Assembly (NCBI GenBank): GCA_026026165.1 | Contig: JAPEUD010000092.1 | Coordinates: 1 to 64,000 of the forward strand | From: Sarea resinae | Lineage: Eukaryota | Reading direction: 5' to 3' | Length of the DNA: 64,000 nt | In this document: one piece after another, positions 47,668 to 60,463 of the stretch | Layout of the letters: each line of letters begins with the position of its first letter | How positions within the stretch are numbered: the stretch's first letter is position 1 | Made by a program: the position numbers and the translations under genes | Notes under the pieces: model-generated | Seen by the model: only the letters and a program-made list of their open reading frames with translations | What the model was told of the DNA's origin: nothing | Database searches by the model: none

Positions 47668-48020
47668 ATGCCCAAGGCCGTCAAAGGTACGTTGCGAGCC
47701 ACGTACGACCTGATGGGCGATGAGGACTGACGCGTTCCAAGGCGTCCTGGTCGAATGCGATCCCTCGATCAAAGCCATCATCCTCAAGATCGACTCGCAG
47801 GCTCACGACTTCATCGTCGAGGATCTCGATGACCAGACACTCGTCGTCAAGGAGTCGAAGCTGCCGGAGCTGAAGATTCGTCTGGAAGAGGTATGGCTCT
47901 GTCGGCTCAAGCCAGCCAGCATTATACCCCCGGTTTTTACGAATGGAAGGCTAACGTCTCTTCTTTGCGCAGGAGTTGTCAAACACGCAGCAGATGCCGG
48001 ATGAGTCGGAGTCGGATTGA
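47668..48020 (+). CDS. TFB5: TFIIH subunit Tfb5 (p8/TTDA); 3 exons
   Basis: MPKAVKGVLVECDPSIKAIILKID...FIVEDLDDQTLVVKE. Confidence 0.95.
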
Positions 48021-48246
48021 TTGCTTTTGGCATAATTTGGCATACGGGCGCTGAAAGAGACGGGCTTGGCGTTGCTTTTCTTGTTCGGAGTCAAGCATAC
48101 AAGAAGGTGGGCCAAATGGGAGTTTACGTTCATCTGCGCAAAGCTATGGAGAGCAAAGCTATGGAGAGCAAGGCTTTCGAAATCGAATGGTCCCAAGTCG
48201 GCGTCGATGGCGTAGACGGGACCTTCCAGCCCCGCAGCTTGGATAT

Positions 48247-49514
48247 TCACTCTTCGACTTCAACTCCACTACCGGTGACAGTGAAAGCAAAAGACCCTCC
48301 GTCTTTCACCCTTCCGAGCGCATCCCAGATAGGATCAACCCAGGACTCACTTCCCCATCGGTCAACCCATCCCAGAAATCTCCCCTGATCAACAACCGAC
48401 TGTCTTGCTTCAGCATCGAGCAGCGCTTCTTCTACACTCATGCCGGGCCCGAATCCCGGCACTTTTTCCTTCTCCACAACTAAGCGGAGAGTGCAGAAGA
48501 ACGTCCATACTGGGGGGAGATGCGGACGGAATGACAGCGGTCCATTCTCGGAATGACAAGGGTATAGACCCCAGTTAGTGGCCACAATCACGCAGTCAAA
48601 CGTCTTCTGGAGGCTTCGCAATTCTTTGACGATATCCTGCTGGGCCTGGACAAAAGTATGCCCGCCATTCTCTCCCTGGAGTTGCTTACTCTCGTCGTCC
48701 ATACGGTCCTGGCAGAAGAATGCGCTGGCGCTGTCCAAGAGGATGGCTTGGAGAGGCCGATGGCTGGAATAATGCTCTTCCGGGCTAAACAAGTAATCAG
48801 GCATCGAATTGAGCGTGGCAATCAGCGAAGCTGTAGACTGCGGTCGAAGGATATGCACATGCATGAGCAATGCATTGACCAGGGCTTCGATCTGTGCGTC
48901 TTGGTCCTCATCCACACCAACGGTTGAATCGTGAGCGCTTTCAATACACCGTCGCAGATAATGCGCGGTGACGTCTCGTAGTCTAGCCACATCAAACCTG
49001 CCATCCGTATCCAGAATGATTACCATGCCTTCTTTGCCATTGACGCGCACGCCCGCCCATGTTGCAGGTAATATTGAGACCGCCGTGATGTAGTACAGCA
49101 ATTGCGTCTTTCCAGCACAAGGTCCATTTCCAGTGATCTCGATAACTGCACCCTTCGCTCTTGGTGTTGAGGGTGGTGGTGTTACGCCTGGGGCTGTCTC
49201 TTGTTCCGGCGCTATTGATGATGATTGCAATAATGGGTTTCCTGGCCCTCGCTGCTGCTGCTGCTGCTGTAAAGAGAAGATATTCAACAGCCGATCCAGC
49301 GCGGGGATGTTCAAACGCGAACTCGGTGTAGGATTCTGTGCAGTGCGTAGGGAGCGCAGGAGCTGTGCAAGTGATTAGAAAGAAGCGCGCGTTGGCTGAT
49401 ACGATCAATATTATCACGAACGCGATAGGGAACGAACGAACGGATACACACCTCGTCCAACGACTCCGACCTCACCTCCCCTAACAATCTCGCTCCCAGC
49501 CCGCTTGCGCTCAT
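48247..49514 (-). CDS. Rad51 paralogue, XRCC2-like; 2 exons (intron 49363-49451)
   Basis: GARLLGEV N-terminus; VIEITGNGPCAGKTQLLY (Walker A-like); ILDTDGRFD; ILLDSASAFF (Walker B-like). Confidence 0.85.
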
Positions 49515-49766
49515 GCCCGGCCAGTCCCTCTGGTATGATTTCAGCTCAACCCGGATCCATCGTCACGTCGATCAAGCGCCCGCCTGGCCGGCAATAAGTC
49601 TACCCACCGTCTAAGGTTATACCGCTCAGTCCGAGTCGATCGCTTCTTCAGACCTCGCGGAAAATCCCCCCCTCGTCTAGAAGCCAGCCCAGTCCAGCCC
49701 CACGAGAACTCGAGAAAACGGCCCCGTCCACGCCCACGCCTACGCCCGCGCCCACCACACGCAACG

Positions 49767-50127
49767 ATGTCGCCGCCACTCGAAGTCTTCCCGGCCTCGG
49801 AGCTGCCGTTCAGGGTGCAGGCGACGGCGCAGGGCAAGCGGCGGAAACAGGCCATCGACCTGGCCAGGTGCGAGCCGTTGGAGCTGGTGCAGTATGCGTG
49901 CTGGCTCGAAGGAGAGGAGCGCAGTCGAGATGCCAGGGTGATCTGTGATCCGCTGGTGAGGCTGTTCAGGAGGTATGTGTCGTGTGTCCGGACGGATTGA
50001 TTTATAGATCAGGGCTTTGGGGCTGGAGTGCTGACGTTCGCGTGATTGGTTGGGCAGGTGCGCACAGGGTGTGATGGTGGAGACTACGGGTTGGGAGAAG
50101 GAGGGGAAGGGGATGATGAAGGACTGA
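49767..50127 (+). CDS. SOM1: Mitochondrial inner membrane peptidase subunit Som1; 2 exons (intron 49973-50057)
   Basis: MSPPLEVF...IDLARCEPLELVQYAC...VICDPLVRLFRRC...VETTGWE. Confidence 0.85.
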
Positions 50128-50471
50128 TGAGATCCATGGGATCGCTATTACTGCATTGTTGCTTGGGAGTAGGGCGTTTCGGGTCGATTTTGGAATCATT
50201 GATGGCCCCGCGTTGAGGCGCGTTGAAGAGATCATCGGGCACTTTTACATTTGCATGGACTGTAATATCACAAGATCATCCGATTTTGGGGCTTGGGTAT
50301 CATCTTTTGAATTTGCTTGATCGTACGGACTGCATTTCATGGTGCGCTCCGCTTCAGATATATCTTCAAAACTCCAAATATGCTGCTTGGCCACACCCAA
50401 ACCTTAAACTCCGGTGTATGCAGTCCGTCACTTGAGATCTTTCGTGGATCAATTCGATGGTCGAGCGCATG

Positions 50472-51555
50472 CTACCAATGAGACTCCGCGCCTGAAATAG
50501 CTGGCCCCTTCTTCTGCAATTCAGGGCCTTGGATAAAAGCTCCCTTCCGCCAGTACCCCCGCTCCGAGTTCACAACAATGCCCAATTCCTGAGATGATGC
50601 TCCACCCTTCGCTCTCGTAGCTGGAGCGTCAACACCATTCCCACTCATATCAATATCCATATGTTCTTCGAGACCCTCTCTCTCGGCGTCGCTTTTACTA
50701 ACAGCCTCCATCGTCTTCTTGAACATTTCTAACCGTTGGTACCGCCGCTTTCCTCTTCCCTCTGACGATCCAGGCATTGGGTTCCTCCCACCAGCTTTCA
50801 TGGCCCCAACCAGCTTCCGCAGAGACTCTTCGCCGAGACGTCCCTCCTCAGTTGCGCGTTCTCGTATCGCGCGCGGGTCCTTGTCCCGCTCAGTGAAGTC
50901 TGCTGTAGCCCTGTAGGTATGCTTGCTGGGAAAGGGAGGAAAATGTGAAGGGATATAGGGTTTCTGCGACTTGTCGAGGCTTCCATCTAGATCGGGCCCC
51001 AGGAACGGCAGTGAATTCTGCGCTGGAGATTCTTCGGGAGGTGGTGAAGGGAGGGAGATCTGCGATTTCGAAGCCGGGACGGGAGGCTGGAGATGGAGGT
51101 TCAAGTAAGAGAGTGGGATGTTCTCGTGGGCGAAGGCGTAGTCAATGTCCTGAGGTATAGGCTGGGTGCGACGGCAAGAGAGCATCGACTGGGTGACTTT
51201 CGAGAGCAAGTGAGTGAGATCTAGCATTTGTGTCAGATGGGTAGCCCTGTTGTAGCCAAGGAAGTAGAAAGAGAAAAAGCACACATTCGTCTACTTCCCC
51301 GCGAAAGCTCTCGAGAGCAACGGGATCGGCGGCATCGAAGCCCACGGCTTCCAGAGCCAGGACAAGCGATCGGGTGAGCAAGTCTTGAATCGACTCGGGG
51401 TCAGGAAGGTCGGATCTGCCGTCGCGAGGAGATGAGGATCTATGGCGCATTTGGTGGTGGTGTATGCGCATTCTCTTCGCGACGTGAGGCTCGGGAGGGC
51501 CAGATGGTGATGGTCTTTTGAGGCCATTGATGGCCGCGCCGCCAGATGCGCTCAT
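50472..51555 (-). CDS. TAF8: TFIID subunit 8; 2 exons (intron 51221-51284)
   Basis: Histone-fold LLTRSLVLALEAVGFDAADPVALESF...SCRRTQPIPQD; TAF8-C YIPSHFPPFPSKHTY...IRERATEEGRLGEESLRKL. Confidence 0.9.
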
Positions 51556-51995
51556 GTTGCAACCTCCAGTAATCCTGCCAACTCTCTTCCCTCTCTGACT
51601 TCTCTTTCTTCACGTCCTTCCCTTTCTCTCTCCTCTCGCCTTCAGGTCATTTGACAGACGCTCCCGGCGCAAGAAGTGATGCTGGAGTGCACTCGGACTG
51701 AATGAGGTCAATGGATCTGAAGCACCGGCGAGTCGATATCTGGACACATCGACTAAGCTGCAATGAGGAGTACCAGGGTACATGGACAGCCGCGGGCGGA
51801 CCTCAGTGTCATTGGCTGGTCGGTGACGATTCGTCTAATCAGACCACTAGCTGAGGTGCCCGAGGGAGGACTCAACCTCACTCACTTGTTCCTCCAGTTC
51901 CATCAAGCCGATTGCCTCCATCCTCCATCTCCATCTACTCCAGACAACCACACCCTTCGCCTTCACAGGTCGCAATCTCCGCTCAATCTCTCAAA

Positions 51996-52525
51996 ATGCC
52001 TATCAAGCCAATCACTGGAGTGAGTACCCTCAATCGCAATCCATGAGCCGGGCTGGACTTGCCAAAGAGATCAGGAGAAAGCAATGTCGAGATGAACATG
52101 TATGCTGACTTTATCGCCTTAGGTCATGCGCCGCGGCCTGGTGCTCGACATCAGCATTGCCTTTGGTGAGTTTTGACATATCCCTACGCGCTTCTCACGT
52201 CTCCTTGTTCGCGAGCTTCGACCAGCTCGAGGAGTCCGGAATCTTATGCGGAAGCTCGGATCACTACGGCTTCGTCACAAAACTCAGAAAGCGATTTCGA
52301 ACGGGGGCTGATTATCCGACGTACAGGTCTCGGTCTCTCCGCCGGATACGGGTTTTGGTACGGTATGTAATATGATATCCCCGGCTGGATCCTCGCTCGT
52401 CGCTGCCGCTGCCGAACGTCGAAAACTCATTCTTGTTAGGATACCACGTCCCATCGGTCCGTCACCGTGATGCCTTCTACGCCGAGCTCGAGGACAAACG
52501 CGCTGCCGCTACTGGCTCCGCATAG
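51996..52525 (+). CDS. COX9: Cytochrome c oxidase subunit 9 (VIIa); 4 exons
   Basis: Spliced MPIKPITGVMRRGLVLDISIAFGLGLSAGYGFWYGYHVPSVRHRDAFYAELE. Confidence 0.93.
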
Positions 52526-53610
52526 ACGATAGAGTTGCGTTATCGGAAAGCTATTGGGAGGGGTTGCTGAAGGGAGCGTTGGCGGGGGCAAACTGTGTAC
52601 ACCAGCTCAATCATCTGTTATATATCACCTCAAGCCGGATTACTGTGCATATTGGATTGACCAAGAGATTCCCGTCAACTTCTACCGCCCAGGCGTGCTC
52701 AGGGAGACGCAACCCCGCAGTCGATCGTGGCCAGCTAAGCATACCTACTCGACCAGCCGTTGCGAACGTCGAGAATGTTCTTTGAGCTACGGTCAGCGCC
52801 CGAGCCATCCCATCGCCATGCTGGCTAGCCTCCTTACCGTGTTTTGGGCTTTGTGACAGACTTCCATTGGTATAGCTTACCTGGCAAGACGTAGATGAGA
52901 GACAGCCTTTTACTGGTATAGCGAGGTATCTTGAGAGACCGTAGAAGTCATCGAGCCTTCCAAACTCTTGATTTCGAACTCAAGCTCCATTTTCAGGAGA
53001 GCATGCAGTGATTTGGTGTCTATTTAATTCGATTTGTTTGGATTGGTCAGACCAATTAGAGCCATTGTAGCACAGAGATCACATCAAATTTGTTAAACCA
53101 TACGCGCTGGACAAGCATCCCATCCAACAGATGACTGAGAAGGTATATCAATAAGTTCCATGGCAAATATGGTATGGCTTTACGTCTAGCATCGCATCGT
53201 GCTCTCCAGATCTGGAGGTTGGAAAGTGCATTCCATTCACTCGATATAGCCGGGGATCCGAAGATTCACCAGAAGTGCTATGGTGGACGTCTCTGGCTAC
53301 CGTACTCGCTCCTCCGGTCACAGCGTCTGCTCGCTTAATCGCTAGCGCCCACAACGGCCGCTCGACTTAGGGTTTCCCTCATCAATCGCCAGAAACGAAC
53401 TGATTGACTGAGTGATTGAACGTTCTCGGGAGCCCTCACCTTCACGTCGATCACGAGTATCTTGCGCAGACGACTTTCCTGTATGTGACACCTTGACTTC
53501 CTCGATTCGCCCTCTGTCGACCATACTGCAGCCTCGTCCGTGCGGATACAGTAGTACTGACTCCTCCATCTAGAGAATTTCTTCCGGTTGCGCATCTCTG
53601 ATCCCCCAAC

Positions 53611-54874
53611 ATGGCGGAGCAATTGGTATTGAGGGGCACTCTCGAAGGCCACAGTGGTTGGGTGACCAGCTTGGCTACTTCTCTGGAGAAGTACGCATCA
53701 CCTATCGCCAGAGAAGAACGCTCGTATTAACTCAGCCATAGCCCGAACATGCTTCTGTCTGGAAGCCGTGACAAGTCGCTCATCATCTGGAACCTCACCC
53801 GCGACGAGACCTCCTACGGCTACCCGAAGCGAAGCCTCCACGGTCACTCCCACATTGTCTCGGACTGCGTACGTTGAATCGAGAAGTCTTCGGGGTTGAA
53901 GGGATGGGCTGACAGGTTAATTTGGGCAGGTTATCTCCTCTGACGGTGCCTACGCACTCTCCGCCTCGTGGGATAAGACTCTCCGCCTCTGGGAATTGTC
54001 CACCGGCACCACCACCCGACGATTTGTTGGCCACACCAACGACGTCCTCTCCGTCTCCTTCTCCGCCGACAACCGTCAAATCGTTTCTGGCTCGCGTGAC
54101 CGCACCATCAAGCTCTGGAACACTCTCGGTGACTGCAAGTTCACGATCACCGACAAGGGCCACACCGAGTGGGTTTCCTGCGTTCGATTCAGCCCGAACC
54201 CCCAGAACCCCGTTATCGTCAGCGCTGGCTGGGATAAGCTGGTCAAGGTTGGTCATTTCTCTTTACACTCGATACTTGAGAGAGAGAGTTGCAAAGGATG
54301 CTATGCAATTTTTAAAGTATTTGCTACTTCAGAGCCTTCGGGCGATGAGACAACCAATCACCAAAGCACTGATGCGCCTCTCTCTCATTACTTCCAGCGA
54401 AGAAATCCAAGTGTGGAATTCGAGCGCAGGCTAATAGAGAGATACTAGGTCTGGGAGCTCGCTTCTTGCCGCCTTCAAACCGACCACATCGGCCACACCG
54501 GCTACATAAACACTGTTACCATCTCTCCCGATGGCTCGCTCTGCGCATCCGGTGGCAAGGACGGCACAACCATGCTCTGGGACTTGAACGAGTCTAAGCA
54601 CCTCTACTCCCTTACCGCTGGTGACGAGATCCACGCTCTGGTCTTCTCGCCCAACCGTTACTGGCTCTGCGCCGCCACCGCCAGCAGCATCATCATCTTC
54701 GACCTGGAGAAGAAGAGCAAGGTCGACGAGCTGAAGCCCGAGTGGGTCTCTGTCGGCAAGAAGAGCCGGGAACCCGAGTGCATCAGCTTGGCGTGGAGCG
54801 CTGATGGCCAGACTCTCTTTGCTGGCTACACTGACAATCTTATCCGGGCTTGGGGTGTTATGTCGCGGGCATAG
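53611..54874 (+). CDS. CPC2: RACK1 / G-beta-like WD40 ribosomal protein (Cpc2/Asc1/CpcB); 4 exons
   Basis: [24 protein letters not shown]...[13 protein letters not shown]...NRYWLCAAT...[17 protein letters not shown]. Confidence 0.98.
54291..54375 (+). ncRNA. SNR24: Box C/D snoRNA U24 (snR24) in CPC2 intron 3 (54248-54448)
   Basis: D' guide TATTTGCTACTT-CAGA as in yeast U24; GCC-TTCG-GGC hairpin; C'-like GATGAGA; D box CTGA; flanking stem TGAGAGAGAG/CTCTCTCTCA; known host gene. Confidence 0.9.
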
Positions 54875-55711
54875 ATGATGACGATGATGATGGCTGGGGT
54901 GATGGGGATGGGAGACGGGGACATTCGGGATATGATAAGACAGGAGTGGGCGTGCGCGCGCGAAAGTCAAATGTCGTAAATTGCCGAATTTACGGGAAAG
55001 AAAAGGCCAGACTTTGAAATGTGTTGTACCAAAATCTTGCTCTCTCTCTTCCCCTGTCTCAGCCCAGCTCGACTGTGCCATGCTTGCATGAAGCCGAATG
55101 CCTGAATTCATCCCCATGTGCTGTATTGGTTCTCTCAATCAATTAACTATTCAAATCGTTCAGGTCATGTGCTTGCTTGCCTTGGGACTGCCTTGTCTAT
55201 CCGTTGGTGGCCTCATCTCTACCAATACGCCCTAGTACTACGTAGTATATGTGTTTTCCCATCGTCGTGGCTCAACGCTAGCTGGGTCCGTTCTAGTTTT
55301 ACCTGGTTTTACACTGTCTTATCCACCTTATTCGACTTAAATATTTACCTACTTTCCACACAGCCCTATCCCCACTGACGTCTTACCTTGCGTCCACTTG
55401 ATCTCCTTTAACCACCTCTAACGTATTGGTCGTAGATGCATGTTTAATATGGACAAGTGTTTATGTGTGTGGAGATGAATATATCTTGCATGGTTATTGC
55501 CTGACTCGTGTCTGAATTGAACGAAGCCGCCAGGGCACAAATCCAGATGTTATTTTCTAGCCCTCCAGTCCGATCAGAACTGCTGCTGGGTAGGTAGGTA
55601 TTCATGCCATATCGTCGTAGTGCTATCTTCCCACACCAGGTCGCCCCCAAAAGTATAAATATATATATACACACACACACACGGAGACAAGAGACAGAGA
55701 GCGAGACAGCG

Positions 55712-57193
55712 CTAAGCAGCCACCCTCTTGCGGCCCTCCTCGGCCATCAGCACGCCCTCTTGAAACCCGCATGCCTGAGCAGTCTTCCGCGCATCCCCAT
55801 ACCACCGGCGCGCCTCGTCGGGCTTGCCGGCCCGCTCGGCGAACTCGCCCAGATTATGCATCGCCACCGCGCAGCCGACATCGCATTCTTCCGTCTTCTG
55901 ATCCGCGGGGATGGCCGCTGAGAGCGTGAGCGCTTTCGTCGCCCATGCGGTGGCCGAGGCAAGATTTGTTTGCTCGATGGTTGAAGAGGGTGGGGTAGTG
56001 CTGCTGGGAGAGGAGGCGGTTTGCTGTGCGAGGGAGATGGACAGGTTGTTCACTGTGTTTTGGACGGGGCAGGGTTAGTTTTGGTTTCGGACACGTGGGA
56101 GGTGAGGAAGAGAGACGGGATGGGACGTACTGAGAACTACGGCGTGGCAGCTTTTTGGAGGCGCGAGGGCGAGGGCTTGAAGAAAAAGGGGAGCGGCGAG
56201 GTAGTGTTGATTTTTCTCTTCGTAGTGGTGTGCTAGTGCTATTGAGGCAGAAGACGTCAGTAACGCACCAATATCAACGCGAGAGAAGCGCGTCCAGAGA
56301 GAGAAAGGCAACATACACTCCAAAGCTCCTCCTATCTCTTCATCCGTCATCCAATCTCCCTCGCCTTCCTTGACCCCCTCTTTTTCTCGCCTCTGCTTCT
56401 CTCTCAGCACCGTCTCCACAGCCCAGACCAGCCTCTCCTCGGCCGCCTCTCGATCCTGCACGTATTCACCAGCATACAACTCGCCCAACTTGACACTGAT
56501 CCCGACCGTCTTCCCCAGCACGCGCGTCCTCTTCCCTTCATTGCCCTCTTTATCGCCCAGCAGCTCCACCCACGCCAGGCAATCGCGTCGCACGATCTCG
56601 AGCACGTCGATGGCCTTGCGGTACTGCTGAACCCTCTCGAGCAGGGCTGCGAGCTGGATCTTCACGCCTAGGATCTCGTCGCTGAAGGGGTCCATTCCCA
56701 ATTCGTCCGCGACGGCTAGCGCTTGTCGGTAGTATTTCACGGCGTCGCGCGGCGACAGCGAGATGTTGGTGAAGTAGAGTGCCCGGCGGAGTTTCTGCGC
56801 CACGGGCTCGGGGAAGTTGTGGAAGGTGCCGAGGATGTATGTGTTGTAGATGTAGTTTGTGTATAGGAGGCTGCCCGCGCCGGCACAGATGCTGCAGAAA
56901 AGAAGGTGAGATCAGACGGAAAACAAGGCACGAACACTGCTCTAAGAGAAGGTGATTCGGCGACTGAATGGACGGACGACGTACCAGAATGCGGCTAGGG
57001 AGACAGAGAAAGGGTATTTCTTCCATAGCTTCCGTGCAGCTGCTGTGGTGGTGTACTCTCGTGCGCGGGGGATTGCTCTGGAGATTCGTAGAGGATTGAT
57101 AGCCCTGGATGATAGAGTCGTCGATCGACCTCTGGCCGAGCTGTCTATTGTGAAGGAGCGGCTATTGGCTCGGGAGAAGATCTTTCCAAACAT
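55712..57193 (-). CDS. Mitochondrial TPR-like protein, Mgr3-like; 4 exons
   Basis: Arg-rich presequence, TM helix, FHNFPEPVAQKLRRALY...ELGMDPFSDEILGVKIQLA, helical repeats, ECDVGCAVAMHNLGE. Confidence 0.78.
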
Positions 57194-57875
57194 GATGGCG
57201 TCGAAGGGACGAAGCCGCGAGTATATGAAGGCGCCAAGCAAAGTCCCACTGCTGGCGGCGAGCGAGTCCGGGGAAATGGTGTCTCAGTGGGAGACGGAGA
57301 TGCCAGATAGCCCTGGGGGGACTGCTCTTATGCCTCTTTCGTTTCTATGAGCAGCTGTCGTGGATTCCGTTCCATTGAGGTTGTTCAAGTGGTAGATCTC
57401 GATAGCTCGCTCGCTGCTGGATATACTCCGGAGTCGACCTCTGAGGACGAGCATCATACCTTACCTAAGGTACCTCGTTGGAAGTACTCGTACTCGTCGT
57501 GCTCGATCCGTGGTACTTGCAAGATGTATGCATTTCCTATACTGCCCTCAGGTATCTCTGGCCCTCGGCCCCCACCACGGCCCTTCCTCGATGCTGGTCC
57601 ACTCGTCTCCCCTCTCGCTCTCTCGCTCTCGCTCTCGTCAGATGTCCGCAACAACAACCTCTATGCCATCCTGCGCTCTCTTCTTACTCACTACTCTCTC
57701 TCGACTCTCTGGACTCTCTCTCCACCCCGCCTGCTGCCTGTGCCTCTCGAGGCATACCACTCTATTCAATATGCCGTGCGGTCAATGACGAGAGCCGGCT
57801 TCTTGTTCAGGACGCTGGCTGCCCAGACAACAAAATTCCAATTTGGAATTTCGGATTTTGAATTTCTTCCCAAAC

Positions 57876-58640
57876 ATGCGACTTTTTCACCCCAGAATCA
57901 GCCGATCTGGCTTGCCGCGGCCATCACCATTCCTTACCTTTACCTGCGGCCTATTTCCTATCGCGGCATTTTCTCAATTGACTACGTCTGTCATTCCAAC
58001 TTCAGCTCTTTTGGCAGCTCGCCCGAGCTCCATCGGTAATGCCAAGGCCGAAGCATCTACGCCGAGCTCTACAGCACCTTCGAGCTCATCTGCATCTGCT
58101 TCTGCTAGCAGCACGAACTCCTCAGCACCCTCTTCAACCTCGTCATCCTCAAAACACGATGATGACGGCCTTCTCAACTACTATTTTCTCCTGCTTGCCA
58201 TCCTCGTATTCTTTTTGATCGCTGGCTGGTGGGCTTTCAACCGCCGAAAGAAGAATAAGTCAGCCCGGGCTCGGAATAATGGGCAGAATGCATTGGCCAT
58301 GGACTTGGAAGGATGGACCTCCAACAGCCGATGGATGCATGGCGGGTGGCGCGGTATGGTGGGCGTTGGCGAGAGGAGGGAAGAAAGGGAGGAAGGCTTG
58401 GACGAAAGAGGGGAAGCACCACCACCATATCAACCCGAAGAAGCCAGGAACGCACACTCGAGAGCCCCGAGCAATGCCGATGACGAGCAAAGACCCGAGC
58501 CCCATAGACAGTATAGCAGAACCGGGGGAGAAGGGTCGGCCGAGTCGACGATAGTTATGCCAGATCGAGCTTTGTCAAGAGATGATCTTGGACTTAGATC
58601 GCCTGGATATAAGCCGCCGGAGTACCACGAGGCGCTGTAA
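57876..58640 (+). CDS. Single-pass membrane protein with a Ser-rich ectodomain and cytosolic PY motifs
   Basis: S/T-rich stretch; TM NYYFLLLAILVFFLIAGWWAF followed by RRKK; EGLDERGEAPPPY; C-terminal PPEY. Confidence 0.75.
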   Translation: MRLFHPRISRSGLPRPSPFLTFTCGLFPIAAFSQLTTSVIPTSALLAARPSSIGNAKAEASTPSSTAPSSSSASASASSTNSSAPSSTSSSSKHDDDGLLNYYFLLLAILVFFLIAGWWAFNRRKKNKSARARNNGQNALAMDLEGWTSNSRWMHGGWRGMVGVGERREEREEGLDERGEAPPPYQPEEARNAHSRAPSNADDEQRPEPHRQYSRTGGEGSAESTIVMPDRALSRDDLGLRSPGYKPPEYHEAL

Positions 58641-59578
58641 AAATGTGCGGCGGCCATTCTGGGACGTCCAGATCTACTGCAAACTCGATATGATGGTCTG
58701 CTCTGTATCAGGGAGCAGCATCTGCAACTTTTGCGAACATTTCGACCCGCGAACTTCTATTACACCGATATTCTGACTTTTGCTCTGCATAATCGAGATG
58801 ATCATTTCCTGAGCATTTCTACGCCGGAGCACGATAGCGAGCATAATGGGATCTGTTTTCTGAACTTGAGCTGGCGTTGCAATGAGTTGGGACGGTTTCT
58901 GGCGCATTCCGCTGGATCGTTCGCGCGGAGAAGGATACTCACTTACCTTACCCACCTACAACTATTGTAATTTTTACTATGTGCATCAAATTCTGAGAGC
59001 CTTAGCTGAACAAATAGTAATTCAAAGATGATTGTGTTTTTCTTCCGCACATGGCTCCCATGGAAGATGTGCCAGTGCCAGTTTTATATGTCGATATGTT
59101 TATGGGTGATATGATTCCAAAATTGTTAATTCCAAAAAATATCATCCTTATCATGGACCCAACGACCTACCCGGTACGGCATACACTACGCAATGCATCA
59201 TTTCTGGGCTGTGAAGTTACGAATACAATAGAGATGACACACTGGCTTTTTACAATCAACAAGCAATGTTCGAATGTGACCCAATTATTTTTGTGGACTC
59301 ACTCGATTCTGGGATGTTTATCGCTGATCGTCGTGGTGGTTTTCTCGATAGAGTCGAAGCATATCGGAAGTGCTAAACCCGAGACAGTAGGAGGATGTGA
59401 CGGGAGCTACGTCGCAGATGGCACAGCCACCATCACACGCAGCGCCTCCAAACATCGAATACTCTACATAACCATCATCAAATATCGTGAATGATATTGA
59501 TCGCCTGTCGAAATCCTACCTCGAGAGTACGCGTTCAAATTGTGATACCCAGTGGACGCTCAAATTATCTTTCGCAAG

Positions 59579-60463
59579 ATGCCCGGCATGGAGGATGTCT
59601 CGGTGGCGATGACCAACCGCTCACTACGAAGTATCCGGACCGTAAGTCTCTTCGATGAATCATCTGCATTTCCAGTAGAGCTGATTGATCATCACGCAGG
59701 AGCTTGAGTTTCTCACTGATTCGTCGGTGATCACTCCTCAACAGCTCTCGTCCATCCTTGCGCAGCTTCCTACCCAGACCTTCCTTCACGCGCCTCTTCT
59801 CTCGTCTCCGACTCAGAACGGCGCTCCGACACAGCTTGTGCAGGAGCCGCCTCGACAGCAGGAGCCACCGCGACAACAGTCGCCGCATCCACCTGTCAAT
59901 GCTTTCGCAAACACATCCATCAACGAAAAGCAGAATGGCCACTATGCACCCTCGCCTGCTGCGAGTCCATTGCCACCGCCAGCTTACGGGGCTCCCCCGG
60001 CAGGTCTGCCGGTTTTAGCTACGGCGTCGGCTCTCTATCAATACAACCCCACGGATGCTGGCGACTTGGCCTTACTGCCCAACGATCGGATCATGGTGCA
60101 TGAGTATGTCAACAATGAGTGGTGGAAGGGGCGCAACGAGCGGACTGGTCAAGAGGGTATCTTTCCGCAAAACTACGTCAGGGTTTTCACCGATAAGCCT
60201 CCTACGAGCCCGCAACCCGTGGCCAGCAATTACGGCAACATGCCATTGGATGTTAGCCAGAGTGCCTCAACGCCTGCGGATCCGAACAATCCAAACAAGC
60301 ACAGCAAGTACGGTGAGACTGGGAAGAAGTTCGGAAAGAAACTCGGTATGTAGACGACCAATTCCCACTTTTCGGTTCTCAGCTGATTCTCGCTGCAGGA
60401 AACGCTGCCATCTTTGGCGCCGGTGCCACCATCGGTGGTGACATCGTCAACAGCATTTTCTAG
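59579..60463 (+). CDS. SH3-domain protein Lsb1/Pin3-like; 3 exons
   Basis: NRSLRSIRT-ELEFL; PPPAY; SH3 ALYQYN..DLAL..EWWKG..GIFPQNYV; C-terminal KFGKKLGNAAIFGAGATIGGDIVNSIF. Confidence 0.92.

Noticed and set aside
4167..57193. Apparent clustering of mitochondrial genes (SDH5, MIM2, AIM24-like, SOM1, COX9, MGR3-like)
   Set aside because: They are scattered over 53 kb among unrelated housekeeping genes, with no evidence of a functional cluster
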